A DNA stretch of 42,764 bases, from contig NC_068984.1 of NCBI RefSeq assembly GCF_001194135.2, positions 81,325,370-81,368,133 of the forward strand, written 5' to 3'. The DNA comes from Octopus bimaculoides. Lineage: Eukaryota. Made by a program: the position numbers and the translations under genes. Positions 11,426-23,799 of the stretch are shown here, piece after piece (positions within the stretch are counted from its first letter, which is position 1; each line of letters starts with the position of its first letter). The notes under the pieces are model-generated. The model was given only the letters and a program-made list of their open reading frames with translations, was not told the DNA's origin and searched no databases.

Positions 11426-12326
11426 AGGTACATTTAAGGTCTCGTAAATTGTGCCTTTCCTTCAGCCAAACAGAGCCTGAAAACCTGCTTCACCTCATCA
11501 AAAACATAGGAAACAAACCAGATATTAGGAAAGCATGCATTATGGTTTTTATGTTACCATTTGGTCCCTCTTTTCTCATGTGGAACATATAACGACGGTG
11601 ATTTAATGACAGTATTTGACACAAGCATACAAATCTGTAGCAGTCGGTATAGTGAATTAAATGAATACTAATACGTGTATTGTGCTTATTTTACTACCCC
11701 AAGAGGAATGATAAATAGTGATATTTGAACTTGGTTATTATACAAGAAAGGAACTAATATAGGGGAGAAACTGGGATAATGTGATGGCCATTATGCCTTT
11801 CCGAAGGACATCAATGATGCATATGACAGATCTAAATTAATATTGAAAACTGGGTTGACAATTTAGTTTGAACTTACCATGGCATCTGTCATTATCATGA
11901 TGGAATTTTTTTTTTTTTTTTTTGATTTATACACTCAAAAGTCTTTCTTGCAAAGCAGTAGTGGATGAAGCTGATTGATTTGAACTGCAAATATTTTTGT
12001 TATGTTAACAACTGGAACCCCAATCAGATGATGATGATAGGTGAAGCTTACAGCAGTTTGATTTGAATTTAGACCAGCAAACCATTGATCTAGATACCAT
12101 AAAATATCGAGGCTAGTGTGTTATTATGTCTGCCCAAAACAACAACTCTGCCCAATACTTTAGTTAGAAGAAAAGTAAAAAGAACAAGAATAAGGATACA
12201 AAGAATAAAGTAAAGGATAATGGAAAAATAAAAATTTTTAAAAAAAAAAGGAGAGGAATAATGTTATGAAACTTGATAGAAAAAAGTTTTAATAGTTATT
12301 ATCATTTATCATTTTTTTAAAAAGCT

Positions 12327-12530
12327 GGTGACCTGGCAAGAATTGTTAGCACACTGGACAAAAAATATTAAGCTGTATTTCTTCAGACTATTGAAGCTCT
12401 TGAGTTCAAATCCTACCAAGAGTGACTTTGCCTTTATCCCTTTTGGGATCAATAAAATAAGTACCAGTGGAGTACTGTGGTTAATGTAATCAACTATGCC
12501 CTACTCCAAAAATTTCAGGCCTTGTTGCTA
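12327..12530 (+). mobile_element. SINE family B copy
   Basis: ggtgacctggcaagaattgttagcac...tgagttcaaatcc...caggccttgt. Confidence 0.75.
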
Positions 12531-12836
12531 TATCATCTTAACACAAAATAAGAAACTGTAACAGAGCAAAATTCTTCACTCAATAAAAGTCAACCTAATA
12601 TTAGTCCCAGTCAACCTTAATGAGTGTCATGCAAGGGTATATTTGGCTATTGTTGTTTCTGATAGGCCAAACGATTGCATAAAAGCTCCCTTGACCACTG
12701 CAAAATTCTAATACAGAAAAAGATGGCACTAAAATGGTCGTAAGTAGAAAATATGTATAAAATATTCAAGTTGTCTATTATTTGATAACTCTTGTTAGTT
12801 CAGCAATGATCTTAGACAGTAACTGCAGTACATCAA

Positions 12837-14266
12837 CCCTTTCGTTACCAAACCGCCCAAAGCCGCCCGAAAAAAATTTTGGTTCATGTGACCAAGCCGC
12901 CTAAAACCGCCCGTAATCACCTATTCATATTTAAATGAGAATATCCGAGCAAATCTCGTTAGCACATTCGTGAAAACTCGTGATTATTTGTGTAAACAGT
13001 TCAGCTATAGTTTTGTACGACGATCGACGTGTTTTTTTAATTTTGTGAATTTTGGGAGATTTTTTTCCAAATTTGTTCCTGTTGTGTTTTCAAAATTTGT
13101 AATCCTGACAAAAAAAATGGATACGAATTTTATTCTGTCAAGCAGCGAGTCAGAATTCGAAGGATTTTCCACTGAAGACCTTGATAAATCTAACCGAAAA
13201 AAAAAAAGCACGTGGTATTTGATAATAAATCTGAGGTTTCATTTTCCGAAAATGAAAGCAGTGAATCCCAGAGCTCCGATGATAGCGATAAAGAGAATGA
13301 ATTAGTACCTGAATGAAGTGAAAATTTAAAAACTCCTTCTTTCAGTGATTTTTCTGAAGAAACTGGACCAAGTCACAGTCTTACCCAAAAGAGTAAAGCT
13401 TTAGACTATTTCTTTTTGCTTTTTCCGATGTACCTATTTGAATTGATTACGGCGGAAACAAACCGTTACGCTGAATGTAAACAAAGCGTAAAAAAGGATA
13501 GTTTGTGGCTTCCCACAAACTTGAATGAAATTAAAGCATATTTTGCCATAAATATTATCATGGGCATTAGAAAGTTACCTAGAATAACAAATTACTGGAG
13601 TAGTGATGAACCCTTTGAAGACGAATATGTCTCAAGTATAATGACGAGGATACGGTTTTTAAAATTGACATAATATCTACATGTAAGAGACACGAGCAGT
13701 ACACCAGTACGTGGATAACCAGACTTTGATCCCTTATTTAAAATAAAACCCCTCATTGACTGTGTTCAAAACACATATAAAACAGTTTATAGATGAGGAT
13801 ATGGTGGGCTATAAAGGCCGAGTGCGTTTTCCACAGTATATGCCAGGAAAGCCCACAAAATGGGGGATCAAAGTTTGGAAGATTTGTGAATCAAATACTG
13901 GGTACTGCTCTGGATTTTAATTTTATACTGGCAAAAGAGACNNNNNNNNNNNNNNNNNNNNNNNNNNNNNNNNNNNNNNNNNNNNNNNNNNNNNNNNNNN
14001 NNNNNNNNNNNNNNNNNNNNNNNNNNNNNNNNNNNNNNNNNNNNNNNNNNNNNNNNNNNNNNNNNNNNNNNNNNNNNNNNNNNNNNNNNNNNNNNNNNNN
14101 NNNNNNNNNNNNNNNNNNNNNNNNNNNNNNNNNNNNNNNNNNNNNNNNNNNNNNNNNNNNNNNNNNNNNNNNNNNNNNNNNNNNNNNNNNNNNNNNNNNN
14201 NNNNNNNNNNNNNNNNNNNNNNNNNNNNNNNNNNNNNNNNNNNNNGGAAATATGGTAACGAAAGGG
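12837..14266 (+). mobile_element. Decayed piggyBac DNA transposon with both ends present and an N-gap inside
   Basis: Perfect 14-bp TIRs CCCTTTCGTTACCA (12837-12850) and TGGTAACGAAAGGG (14253-14266). TCAA duplicated at 12833-12836 and 14267-14270. ccgccc subterminal repeats and a transposase relic lie inside. Confidence 0.88.
13117..13941 (+). pseudogene. piggyBac (DDE_Tnp_1_7/PGBD-like) transposase pseudogene
   Basis: Acidic N-terminus MDTNFILSSSESEFEGFS, then DYFFLLFP..LFELITAETNRYA, EIKAYFAINIIMGI.KLP.I..YWSSD, DPLFKIKPLID and IDEDMVGYKGR.RFPQYMPGKPTKWGIKVW.ICESNTGY (first catalytic D at 13792-13794). It has stops, frameshifts and a short deletion before IDE, and is cut by the gap at 13942. 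Confidence 0.93.
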
Positions 14267-14309
14267 TCAAATGGATGATCATATAAAAATAAATAATTTT
14301 TTTCTGTTA

Positions 14310-15420
14310 TTAGCACCAGGCCTACAATTTGGAAGGAGGGGGCTAATCAATCACCTCAACCCCAGTGCTTGAATGATATTTATTTTATTGACCCTGAAAA
14401 GATGAAAGGCAAAGTCAGTCTCAGCGGAATGTTAAGCCAGAAGAAATACCACAATGCATTTTGTCCGATGTGAAACTGAGGAATAATAATAATTGATGAT
14501 GATGATAATAATAATAATAATAACAGCAATAATAATAATAATAATAATACTTTTTACAATAAGCACCAGGCCTGAAATTTTGATGAGAGAGCTAACTGAT
14601 TACATCAACCCCAGTGCTCGACTGGTACATATTTTATCAAGAGTGAAAGGGTGAAAGGTAAAGCTAACCATAGCAGAATTTGAACTCAGAATGTAAAGAG
14701 CCAGAAGAAATGCTGTTAAGTATTTTGTCCAACACACAAACAATTCTGATTTAAAAAAAAAAAAAAAAATCCAGGAAACTTTAGAGTGTGTGTGTGATGG
14801 GGGCGATGATCTAATACAATCAACCCCAGTACGTGACAAGTACTTCAATTTATCTCCTCTGGAAGGATGAAAGGCAAAGTAAACACAGGTGGGATCTGAA
14901 CTCAGAATATAAAGACCTGATACATATACTGTGAGGCATTATTCTTCGACGCTTCTATGATTCTACCAAGCTATCAAAAGCCACTAATTCTAAGGTGAAG
15001 AGAGGCTACTGGATTAAATTAACCTAGTATTTGACTGGTACTTTATTTTATTGACTCTAGAAGGATGGTGAAAGGCGAAGTTAGCCTCAGTGGGATTTGA
15101 ACTCAGATGGTATAGAGCTGGAGCAACTACCACAGGACATTGAATCTGACACACCAACAATCCTGCTAATCCACTGCCCAAAGAACAATGATGATGGCAG
15201 TGGGTCAGCAGACTTGTTAGAAGAATGTCAGAAAGAGAAAAATGCCTTGAGGTATTTGTTTCGGTTTGTTACATTCCAAGTTGAAATCTTGCTGGGATCA
15301 GCTTTGTCTTTCACCTCTAGGATCAATAAACTAAAATCAACTTGTCAAGTACTGGTGTCAACGACACCAACTAATAGCTTACCCTCAAAATTGCCAGCCT
15401 TGTGCCTAAATTAGAAACCA
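14310..15420. mobile_element. Cluster of about five decayed SINE-B copies with (AAT)n tracts
   Basis: Repeated cccagt...tttatt...aaggatgaaaggcaaagt...tttgaactcag blocks at about 14310, 14565, 14800 and 15005 (minus) and 15215 (plus). Confidence 0.75.
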
Positions 15421-16744
15421 TTAATAATAATAATAATGATGATGATAATAATAATAATAATAATGTAGAAAATTTGGTTTGTTGGAATAAGCAGAATGGG
15501 CTTAATATTGGCAAGATATGTCCAAACATTCAAGTATTGAAAGAAATATTTTGAATAACAGGAGATCATTTACAAAAATAAAGCCAAACAAAAATTCACT
15601 TAAAATATATAAAAGGTTAAATAGAAAATCCAAATAAACCCATACAGTTTATATATTTTTTATTTTTTTCCACCCCACTTTCATATTCACAATAATCTCA
15701 TTATGAATTAGCTAGTTTTGCTGACTTTCAATAACAAAGTAATTGATTTTCCTGAATAAACAAAATACTATTATTCATTCATAACAACAAAACTATGTAA
15801 ATGTCACTTCTAACAAAAATTTATCAAAAAGTTTTCAGACAGGAATAGAGCAAAACTTAGTCAGCTGGAAAATAAATTGTATGGCAAAAGGAGTACCAAA
15901 AGTATCGAATAAAATAATTTTCTTACCATAAGTGAAGCACCTAAATTCTATTCATAAATGTTTGAAGTTCAAAAAGCCAATGTGCAAGAATAAACTGGTT
16001 ATTTACTTCAAGGATGGTTAAGAGAAAATGCAGAAGAAGCAAGTCAGCATCATCGGAGTGAAAAGAAGATGCTGCCTGTAAGAGGAGAAATCTTGAAGTA
16101 ACGCTAGCGATAGGTAAGTCAGAAGAAAACAAACAGTCTAATATGTAATGTCAGGAAATAAACTGTGTGTAAGCAAATGGTTGGGCAGTGTTGTGGATAA
16201 AATGAGATAATCTGATTGATAAGAAAAGCTGATCAGTGATTAAGTGGAATATGCAACAACTACAATAACAAGAAACAAATCTTATAGTAAATCTAGAGTC
16301 GATATAAAAAAGAATAATAATAATAATAATAATATGAAATGACATCTCGATTGTTTCTTACTGCTCATGCTCAAAAGAAAAAAAGATTTTAAAAATCACG
16401 ACAAGATCAAGGATTAAGGAGATATGACATTTTTGTCATTATAGGATTATATGGGGAAGATATATGGCAAGTTTTCTTATATGAGATTATATAAGAATAT
16501 AAGTTGTATGAAGAGAATAAGAGAGATGAAGTCAGAGGCATAGAAAGATGAAGAAGAAAAAAAAAAGTAAAATAAATAAAATGAAATGAAACTTATAAAA
16601 ATTGTTTCTAATTTTTTTTTTTTAACTAGTACACTATAAATAAAAAATATGTAATTACAATAATCCCACTTTCCCTGTCTCTTCTTCCATACACCCTTGC
16701 AAAATCATACCCACCACTACTACCCCTACTAGAGGTGCCACCTG

Positions 16745-17010
16745 GATAAAGGTTAAAAAGTAAAGTTACCTTCTTGAGTCATACTAACTCACAAGGGCTG
16801 GTTTCCTGGTTTTATGGCATATATGTTCCTCACCAGGACAGGACGCCAGTCCCTCACAGGATAACTCATTCTTGACATCTGAGTGGATTGGAGCAAGGTG
16901 AAATGAAGTGTTTTGCTCAAGAACACAGCATGTTGCTCCGTTGAGGAATCGAAACCACAATCTTACGATCATAAGTCCAACATCCTAACCACTAAGCCAT
17001 GTACCTCCAC
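16745..17010 (-). mobile_element. tRNA-headed SINE family D
   Basis: Minus-strand head gtggaggtacaTGGCTTAGTGGttagg...GGTTTCGATTCCtc. The body contains actggcgtcctgtcc. Homologous to 37405-37640. Confidence 0.82.
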
Positions 17011-17169
17011 CTGGATACCACATCACCAATATCTATCTCTTTGGAGATACCACCAATTCATTCTAACTCTCTCTCATAAATGCGAGTAGTCATGTAGCTT
17101 CTTTACAACAAGAACCTGCTTACCCCATTCTCTTCTTTCATACTTTAGCCTGCATCTAACATAAAGATG

Positions 17170-17420
17170 CAGCAACCCATCTCTTGGGGTTTGTAGACTT
17201 GCAAGCTGCATAGTGATGTCAAGTGTTGATGGCATGAAAAAAGCACTCAGTACATGCTATAAAGTGGTTGGTGCTAGGAGGGGCATTCAACCATAGGAAC
17301 CATCTCAAAACAGACATTCGAGGATAATGCAGTCCTCGGACTCTTTGGATCCTCATCAAACCATCCAACCCATGCTGGCATGGAACATGGACATTAAATG
17401 ATGATGATGATGACGATGAT
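17170..17420 (+). mobile_element. GAT-tailed short repeat sharing the RTE 3' UTR
   Basis: aaaaagcac...gtggttgg...agggcat...aacccatgc..gcatggaa...taaatgatgatgatg matches 18380-18563. Confidence 0.8.
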
Positions 17421-18034
17421 GAATCAACTGCTTCTGGTTCTAATAAAAATCTTGGCAATGAAAGAAACTGCAGAAATATTCAAAGTACACAGTTAAAAAA
17501 GAAGACAAAATACATTAAACAAAATTCAACCTTCAAAGTAATGTCAAAGGAGTGATGGCTAAAATGTTTAAATGTTAAGAAGTAAGAAAATAGTTTTATA
17601 AGTACATATAACATTAATTACATACTATGAATATTATCATTATTATTGTATAGCTTCTGGATATAACTAGTTTAAAACATTCTAGGATAGGGTTGGTAGT
17701 TATTTATAAATAGCTAACAACATAAGCAACATGTGAATATGACTTAGAGTTTTATTAACTTCTGCCTACTTATAACATGCATTCACACACATTTTCTCTC
17801 TCTCTCTCATACATATAAATGAAGAAGTAAAAGGTATAAAGTCTCTACAGATCATCAAAGATATTTTAAATGGTTGAAAACAAGGCAATTTCATGAGAAA
17901 TTCACTTAACAATTATGTGGGTCTACTGCACAGCACCTTGAGTAATTCTTCTACCAGAGCCCACAAGATGACTTTAGAATATGGAAACAATAAAGAAGCC
18001 CATGATATATATGTGTGTCTGTGTGTATGCAAGC

Positions 18035-18563
18035 AATAAAGTTAGTATGCTTTGCTGGATGTGTAATGTCAGTGTGCATGTATGACAGAGTGTAAGCATC
18101 TTGAGAGAAAAGTTGGACATAAGAGGCATCAGATGTGGTATGCATGAGAGACAACTGTGCTGGTATGGCCATGTGAAGCTTATGGATGAGGACAGCTGTG
18201 TAAAAAAGTGCCAATCTCTAACTGTGGAGGGAACCTATGGAAGAGGTAGATCCCAGAAGATATGGGATGAGGTGGTGATGTATGATCTTCTAACGTTGGG
18301 CCTCATGGAGGCGATGACAAATGACCAAGACCTTTGGTGATATGCTATGCTCAAGAAAACTCGTCAAGCCAAGTGAATTCATAGCCGTGGCCGATGTCAG
18401 TGTCATGTAAAAAGCACCCATTACACTCTTTGAGTGGTTGGTGTTAGAAAGGGCATCCAGCTGTAGAAACCATGGAACCTGGTGCAGCTCTCCAGCTTAC
18501 CAGTTCCAGTCAAACCGCTTAACCCATGCCAGCATGGAAAGCAGACACTAAACGATGATGAGG
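18035..18563 (+). mobile_element. RTE-clade LINE, 5'-truncated 3' end
   Basis: Translation VSMLCWMCNVSVH..SVSILREKLDIRGIRCGMHERQLCWYGHVKLMDEDSCVKKC..LTVEGTYGRGRSQKIWDEVV..DL matches the RTE C-terminal RRLRWYGHV...GRGRPxxxW pattern. It is followed by a 3' UTR and a GAT tail. Confidence 0.9.
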
Positions 18564-20699
18564 ATAATATATACATACGTTGTTATTAATTATTGAGCAG
18601 ACTCATGACCAAAGATTTTCCAGGCATGAACATATCTTCAATATCAAGCATATAGATATATAGGATTATATTGTGTCGTGCTTTTAAGGCAATACTTTTG
18701 TGTGTAATTTGAAAGTGGGGTTGTGTATGTGTATGTATGTATGTATGTATGTGCTTAATCAAAATGTGCTGATAATACATAAATGATAGAACTGAAAAGA
18801 CCAGTGCTCTCTGGATAAACATTCCTCTGTCACATTTTGCCTTCAGAAATCCTGTAAACAAGTGATCAGTCCATAATAAACTTGTGACCAATGATACAAC
18901 TGTCCAGGCTATGTATGACATAATAGAAATTATCAAATGAAATGAAAAAAAAATAATAAATTAAACTTTTTTTTTTTTTAATGAATCTACACCAAGAAGG
19001 CACATTTTCCTTTTCTAAATTTCAAAATTCTCTCAAAACAAAAACCTAATTAACATTTCCTTGTTTTTCCTTTACTCCATCAATTTTACTATATTGAAAG
19101 TTATAAATTTTCTGATGTGCATATTGAAGTTGAAATTGGAAGAGAGTAAATTCCCTCAAAAATGCCTTCAGCAGAGTCTANNNNNNNNNNNNNNNNNNNN
19201 NNNNNNNNNNNNNNNNNNNNNNNNNNNNNNNNNNNNNNNNNNNNNNNNNNNNNNNCCTCTTACACCAATTGCATATATATTGCATAACACAGAGATGTGG
19301 CGGAAGCCTCAATGTGATTGTTTGACCTGCTAAAAATAGAAGCTAAATCTTTCAATCACACACACCAACACTGCTTTAAAAGATTTAGTTACATCCCTTT
19401 ACATTCTGAGTTCAAAAGCTACTGAATCCAGATTAACATAAAAGTTATAGAGTGAATAATTCTGATATAGCTAAAGAAATTTCTTCATTTTGATACAGTT
19501 AGTACTAGTGATATTTTTTTATGGGGGTGTAAAAATTATGCAATTACAAGAAAATAGAGAATATTTTTAAAAATCAATTTATTGAAAGTGGATCATGCTT
19601 CTTCAGAACATATCTTGAATGAATGAAATCAAATCAAAAAAGAATTGCTTAATTATACATAATTTTAAAGGCGGTGCTCTAGCATGGCCGCAGTCAAAAT
19701 GATTGAAACAAGTAAAAGAGTAATGGTTTGATTGCAGTTAAAATTATTAATTTTATCAACACCAATCTTCTTGAAACCATTACTATTAAGTAATGTGCTC
19801 GAATTTTCAATTCAAATAAGTACACATTTGTCAAGTTGAAAGTTTACATCATTAAACCTCGCATAAGTTTTGCTAATTTTGAAAATTAAAATACAATGAT
19901 GGAACATATTCTTGTTAGACATATATGACCGCTAGTGTTTGAGCGAGCTTCTACTTGGTTCCTCTACTTATTAGAAATAGCAGCCAAATCTCCCTCAGAT
20001 CATACTTCATTGTCTTAAATGAAATGGGATACCATTTTTCCATATATGAAAAAACTGCATTGTCAAGGTGAAAATAATTTTGATTATAAGTCGGTGCCAG
20101 CGCCACATAAAAGCCCGTAGTACACTCTGCAAAGTGGTTGGCATTAGGAAGGGATGCCCTTCCCAGCATGGCCCCAGTCTAATGACTGAAACAAGTAAAA
20201 GATGAGAGATCTAGGATTAGACTGTCCAATGTGTCTTTCTTTTTAAAAGATAGTAAGTAGTGTCTGATTTAAGGTAAATTTGGCTGCTGTTTCTAATAGG
20301 CTGAGAGAAATGTAGAGGCTCTCTTATCACTTTGTTTTTACATTCGTGTCCTGATATAAGACTTCAATTTATTTTCCTGAAAATTATTCATCACTGAAAT
20401 ATAGGTAACTGAGTGGTGTTAACACCACTAACATCAAAGTCATACAAAATACCATAATTTAAAGAACTAAACTAGCCAAAATTTCACATCCATCCAGGTT
20501 TCCATTTTCTGACCAACTTCAATAGGATAGCTTTAGCTGGAGAAGTGGTTTTCACTTACAGCTGGAAGCCCTATCTGTTGAGAACTACTTAACCATACAA
20601 TAGGCATTTGACATGCTCTCAAGTCAAGCAAACTGAGACAAGAAGATTTGACCAAGAGCATAACATAACAACTGTAATAAGGTTTAGCTTGGATAAAGT

Positions 20700-20890
20700 G
20701 ACTCCTCTGGTAATGATTACAACAGGTTTATGATCAAAGACATTTCAGCCATGATCATCCAACCTTTTTTTCTTGCTTGTTTGTTTCAGATATAATATAA
20801 CCAGATCTACATTATGTAATGTGTCCTTCCTCTTTTAAGATGGCAGATTATGACTCAAGGGATATTTGGCTGTTATTTCTACCTAGTAGG
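20700..20890 (+). repeat. Unclassified dispersed repeat (family E)
   Basis: The motif atgatca..gacatt(t/c)cagccatga...tgtccttc.ttttaaga.gg...gatttggctg.tatttcta recurs at about 2810, 4200, 12600 and 20200, and as the reverse complement at about 19930, 24930, 25840 and 32140. Confidence 0.7.
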
Positions 20891-21781
20891 TCATGTGGAC
20901 ATACAGAACCTTCCTTGTAAGCTTGTGTGTTCTAATTTAAAGTGATATAGTGTGTATATAGCATGGCCAACATCAGGCTTGAGCACCAGCACTGCTGTAA
21001 TGCAATAGAAAGATGAACAAAAGATGATTGAAAAGAGACAAGAGAACCCAGCACATGAGTGACTAGCTCCATCATTAAGGTACACAAATGGTGTTTACAT
21101 ACATACCAATTAATAACACATGCTAGCGTCAGTTGCTGAGATAAACTGCATAATTAAGTCATAGGAGAGATAGGGAAACTTGTCTACCCTTACACTTTGT
21201 GGCATACATTTGAGAGGAGATATCTAGCCAGTTACAGATACAAAAAAGCCTAAAAGTAGTAACACTCTTTCTTCTCTAGTGGCCTAATGTATAACAATGT
21301 TACTACACTCTTCTTTTAAAAATGAAGGTGGCAAATTTGAATACAATCCAGTTCCATATTATGTACACATCAAAATGTGTAGATATAAATATTAAAGCAA
21401 TTTTCATCTCTTAAAGATGAGGCTAATATAATTATAATCATGTAAAAATGTCTGATTTGAAGTCTATTGTATCTAATCGTATCACATTATGTTAGCAGGT
21501 AAAATTAGTTATTAAATCTTAAATGACAAAACAGTTACCCCAGATTTCTGATGTCTATCAAATATAAATATATGGATCAATGAAATAGCAATAACTTTTG
21601 ATCATTGTCTTTGAGTAAAACAATGAACCAGAGCTTATTAGATAAAAATCAGGAAGTAAAGCTAACAACAAATTATCAATTATCAAATGATGCAGTGATA
21701 CTGCATCTACAATAAACAGAACTTCCAAACTGCAATAAAAGTTTAAGTTACATATACTGCATAGCTGTTGTGTAGAAGGTG

Positions 21782-22045
21782 CAGACATGGCTGTGTGGTT
21801 TAGAAGCTCACTTTGCAACCACATGGTTTCAGGTTCATTCAACAATGGCCCTAGGCCACCTACTATTTGACACCTGGTGTTGGTTTGTTAATGCCCCCAT
21901 AACCTAGTACATTGGCAAAAGAGACCAACAGAAAAATTACCAGACTAACAAAAAGTAAGTACTAAAGTTGATTTGTTCAACTAAACCCTTCAAGACAAAG
22001 AGCCAGCATGGTTGCAATCCAATGATTGAAACAAGTGAAATAAAG
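21782..22045 (+). mobile_element. SINE family A, internally deleted copy
   Basis: Head gcagacatggctgtgtggtttagaagctcac...accacatgg and tail caaatgattgaaacaagtgaaat. Confidence 0.75.
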
Positions 22046-22199
22046 GTGATAAAAACTAAATACTCAAATAGTGTTAGTGTGAATGAAGAATAGAAGACTG
22101 GAGTACAGATGAGCTGTGAGGAAAACTGGGTATAAAGAATCAGTTGTATTAAGTAGAGAGGGGACTGTCCTTGTATTCTTGTGAGGTCTCTCATGAGTG

Positions 22200-22705
22200 T
22201 TATTGGTTACATAATCCAGTAAAACCTACTGCATGGTTGGGTTGTCAGCAACTAACCCAGCACACCGTTCTAGGTTTACCTGGTGAGGAAGGTTGCTAGA
22301 AACCCAGCAGGACTAAAAACAAGACCTGTCAAAAGGACAGATGAACATGGTGTAGGTTCAACAACTATCTAACAATAGCACAGACACTCAAAAATTCTGG
22401 GTTGGTGTCCAAAGTGCTGAAAGACCACTGAGAGTGAGGTACCCCTTAGTTTTTGTCAAAGCACATCCCTAGAACCTGCTTCAAACTCAGGCTATGTCTG
22501 TTCCAATAATCAGTAGTAACTTCATCTGTGAATCCTCTACGATGGTCAACGAGATAAGCTGTTACAGATCACACTATCCTGAAGTGTGTATGCATGTGAT
22601 TAGGGACCACATGTATTCCTACCGAAACCCCAAACACAATATGATGGTCAGAGCCAGCTCAACTCACCCTGAGTGAATACTGCCACAAGTACAAGTAAGG
22701 AAGTA
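22200..22705 (+). mobile_element. RTE-related element: non-coding 5' part joined to an RTE 3' terminus with a (CAAGTA) tail
   Basis: Ends VIRD...RASSTHPE*ILPQVQV followed by caagtacaagtaag. This is homologous to the terminus at 23130-23195. Confidence 0.55.
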
Positions 22706-23195
22706 CTGTCTATATATGGACATATGATCGATATGGAGGTGGACAGTTGAGGTCTTCAACCGCTTCTGTATTCATCATCTTATCTGACTGCTTATCTCAG
22801 ACTGTGTTTCAAACTGACAACTTTACAGTCACTATGGTCTCTTAGCTCTAGAGGGAACTCTTCTGATGAGGAGACTATGGTAGTTTGGTCATGCATTGCA
22901 GCATTCCCATGATGAATTCATCTGGAAGGCGATAACACCAGATCCTCCCCCAGGTTGGCATAAACGGAGAGGTGGTCAGCTGAAGATGTGACTCACAACA
23001 GTCAAAGCAGATATGGAGCTCCTTTCCAGCCATCAAGACTTAGGTATTCATCACTGGAACAGCCTCAACACGCTACAGAATCAGCCCCCAAGAGATATGT
23101 GTGGACCACCTTGATCTGCAATGCAGTGAAATCAATAGGAGTCAACTTAACCCCTTCCCACCCCAGGTGAATGCCATTACAAGACAAGCCAAAGG
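22706..23195 (+). mobile_element. RTE-clade LINE 3' fragment (pseudogenised RT C-terminus)
   Basis: Translation VEVFNRFCIHHLI...CVSN*QLY..GL..LEGTLLMRRLW*FGHALQH...PGWHKRRGGQLKM*LTTVKADME fits the RTE RRLRWFGH...GWxxxRGGQxxTW pattern. Confidence 0.85.
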
Positions 23196-23799
23196 AAGAA
23201 TAGTTGAGTAAGTAGAGAAAGCTGATCATAGAATATTGAAGTGAAATAACAAGGAAAAGCTTCAACCGGTGAGATGCCTTGCTGGAAAAACCTTGTGCAG
23301 CTCAGCTTAGAAAAAGCGACAGAAAGAAGTGATGATGATGATGATGGTGGTGACTAGCAGCAAGAGTTTAAACACACTCAACTCATATTTCCACCAAGTC
23401 AATAAGCATTTGTCTAAATCTGAAAGTTACAAAGTGTAATACACTAAAAACTACTAAATTTAATGTTAAGCTTATTAAATGTTGCTTTGCATCACAAAAT
23501 ACTAAACATAAGAGAAAACAAATACATAAAAATAACTTAAGTAGGTATTAACAGGAGGATGAATGATAGAGAGAGTTTAAGCTTATCTAACAAACTCTTA
23601 CATGCATTTTAGGAGGGTAATAATAGTAAATCTGTCTGAAAAGTACCATAAAGTGTGAATTCAATATTACTACATTATAGATGGATGGACACAAGTTTAA
23701 ATCAGGGGTATAAAAAAAAGTGTACTCAATACTAAAACTAGAGTCATATAATTTAATGGAAGCTACAAATTCTTACATTATATATAACATCATTGTTTT

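Noticed and set aside
12970-13305. 111-aa ORF as an independent gene
   Set aside because: It lies inside the piggyBac and only overlaps the transposase N-terminus before a frameshift.
13793-14316. ORFs of 119-161 aa around 13.8-14.3 kb, and others at 19.1, 27.3, 35.7-36.3 and 39.2 kb
   Set aside because: Their length comes from translating N-gaps or (TA)n runs. The real transposase motif near 13.8 kb is in a different frame.
20412-20429. Perfect 18-bp palindrome agtggtgttaacaccact
   Set aside because: A rough estimate gives a chance expectation of a few tenths per window of this size and composition, and there is no supporting context.
22863-22900. CTGATGA motif as a hammerhead
   Set aside because: There is no stem II or GAAA downstream; it is RTE coding sequence. 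Other CTGANGA hits (about 2968, 5190 and 6510) also lack the core.
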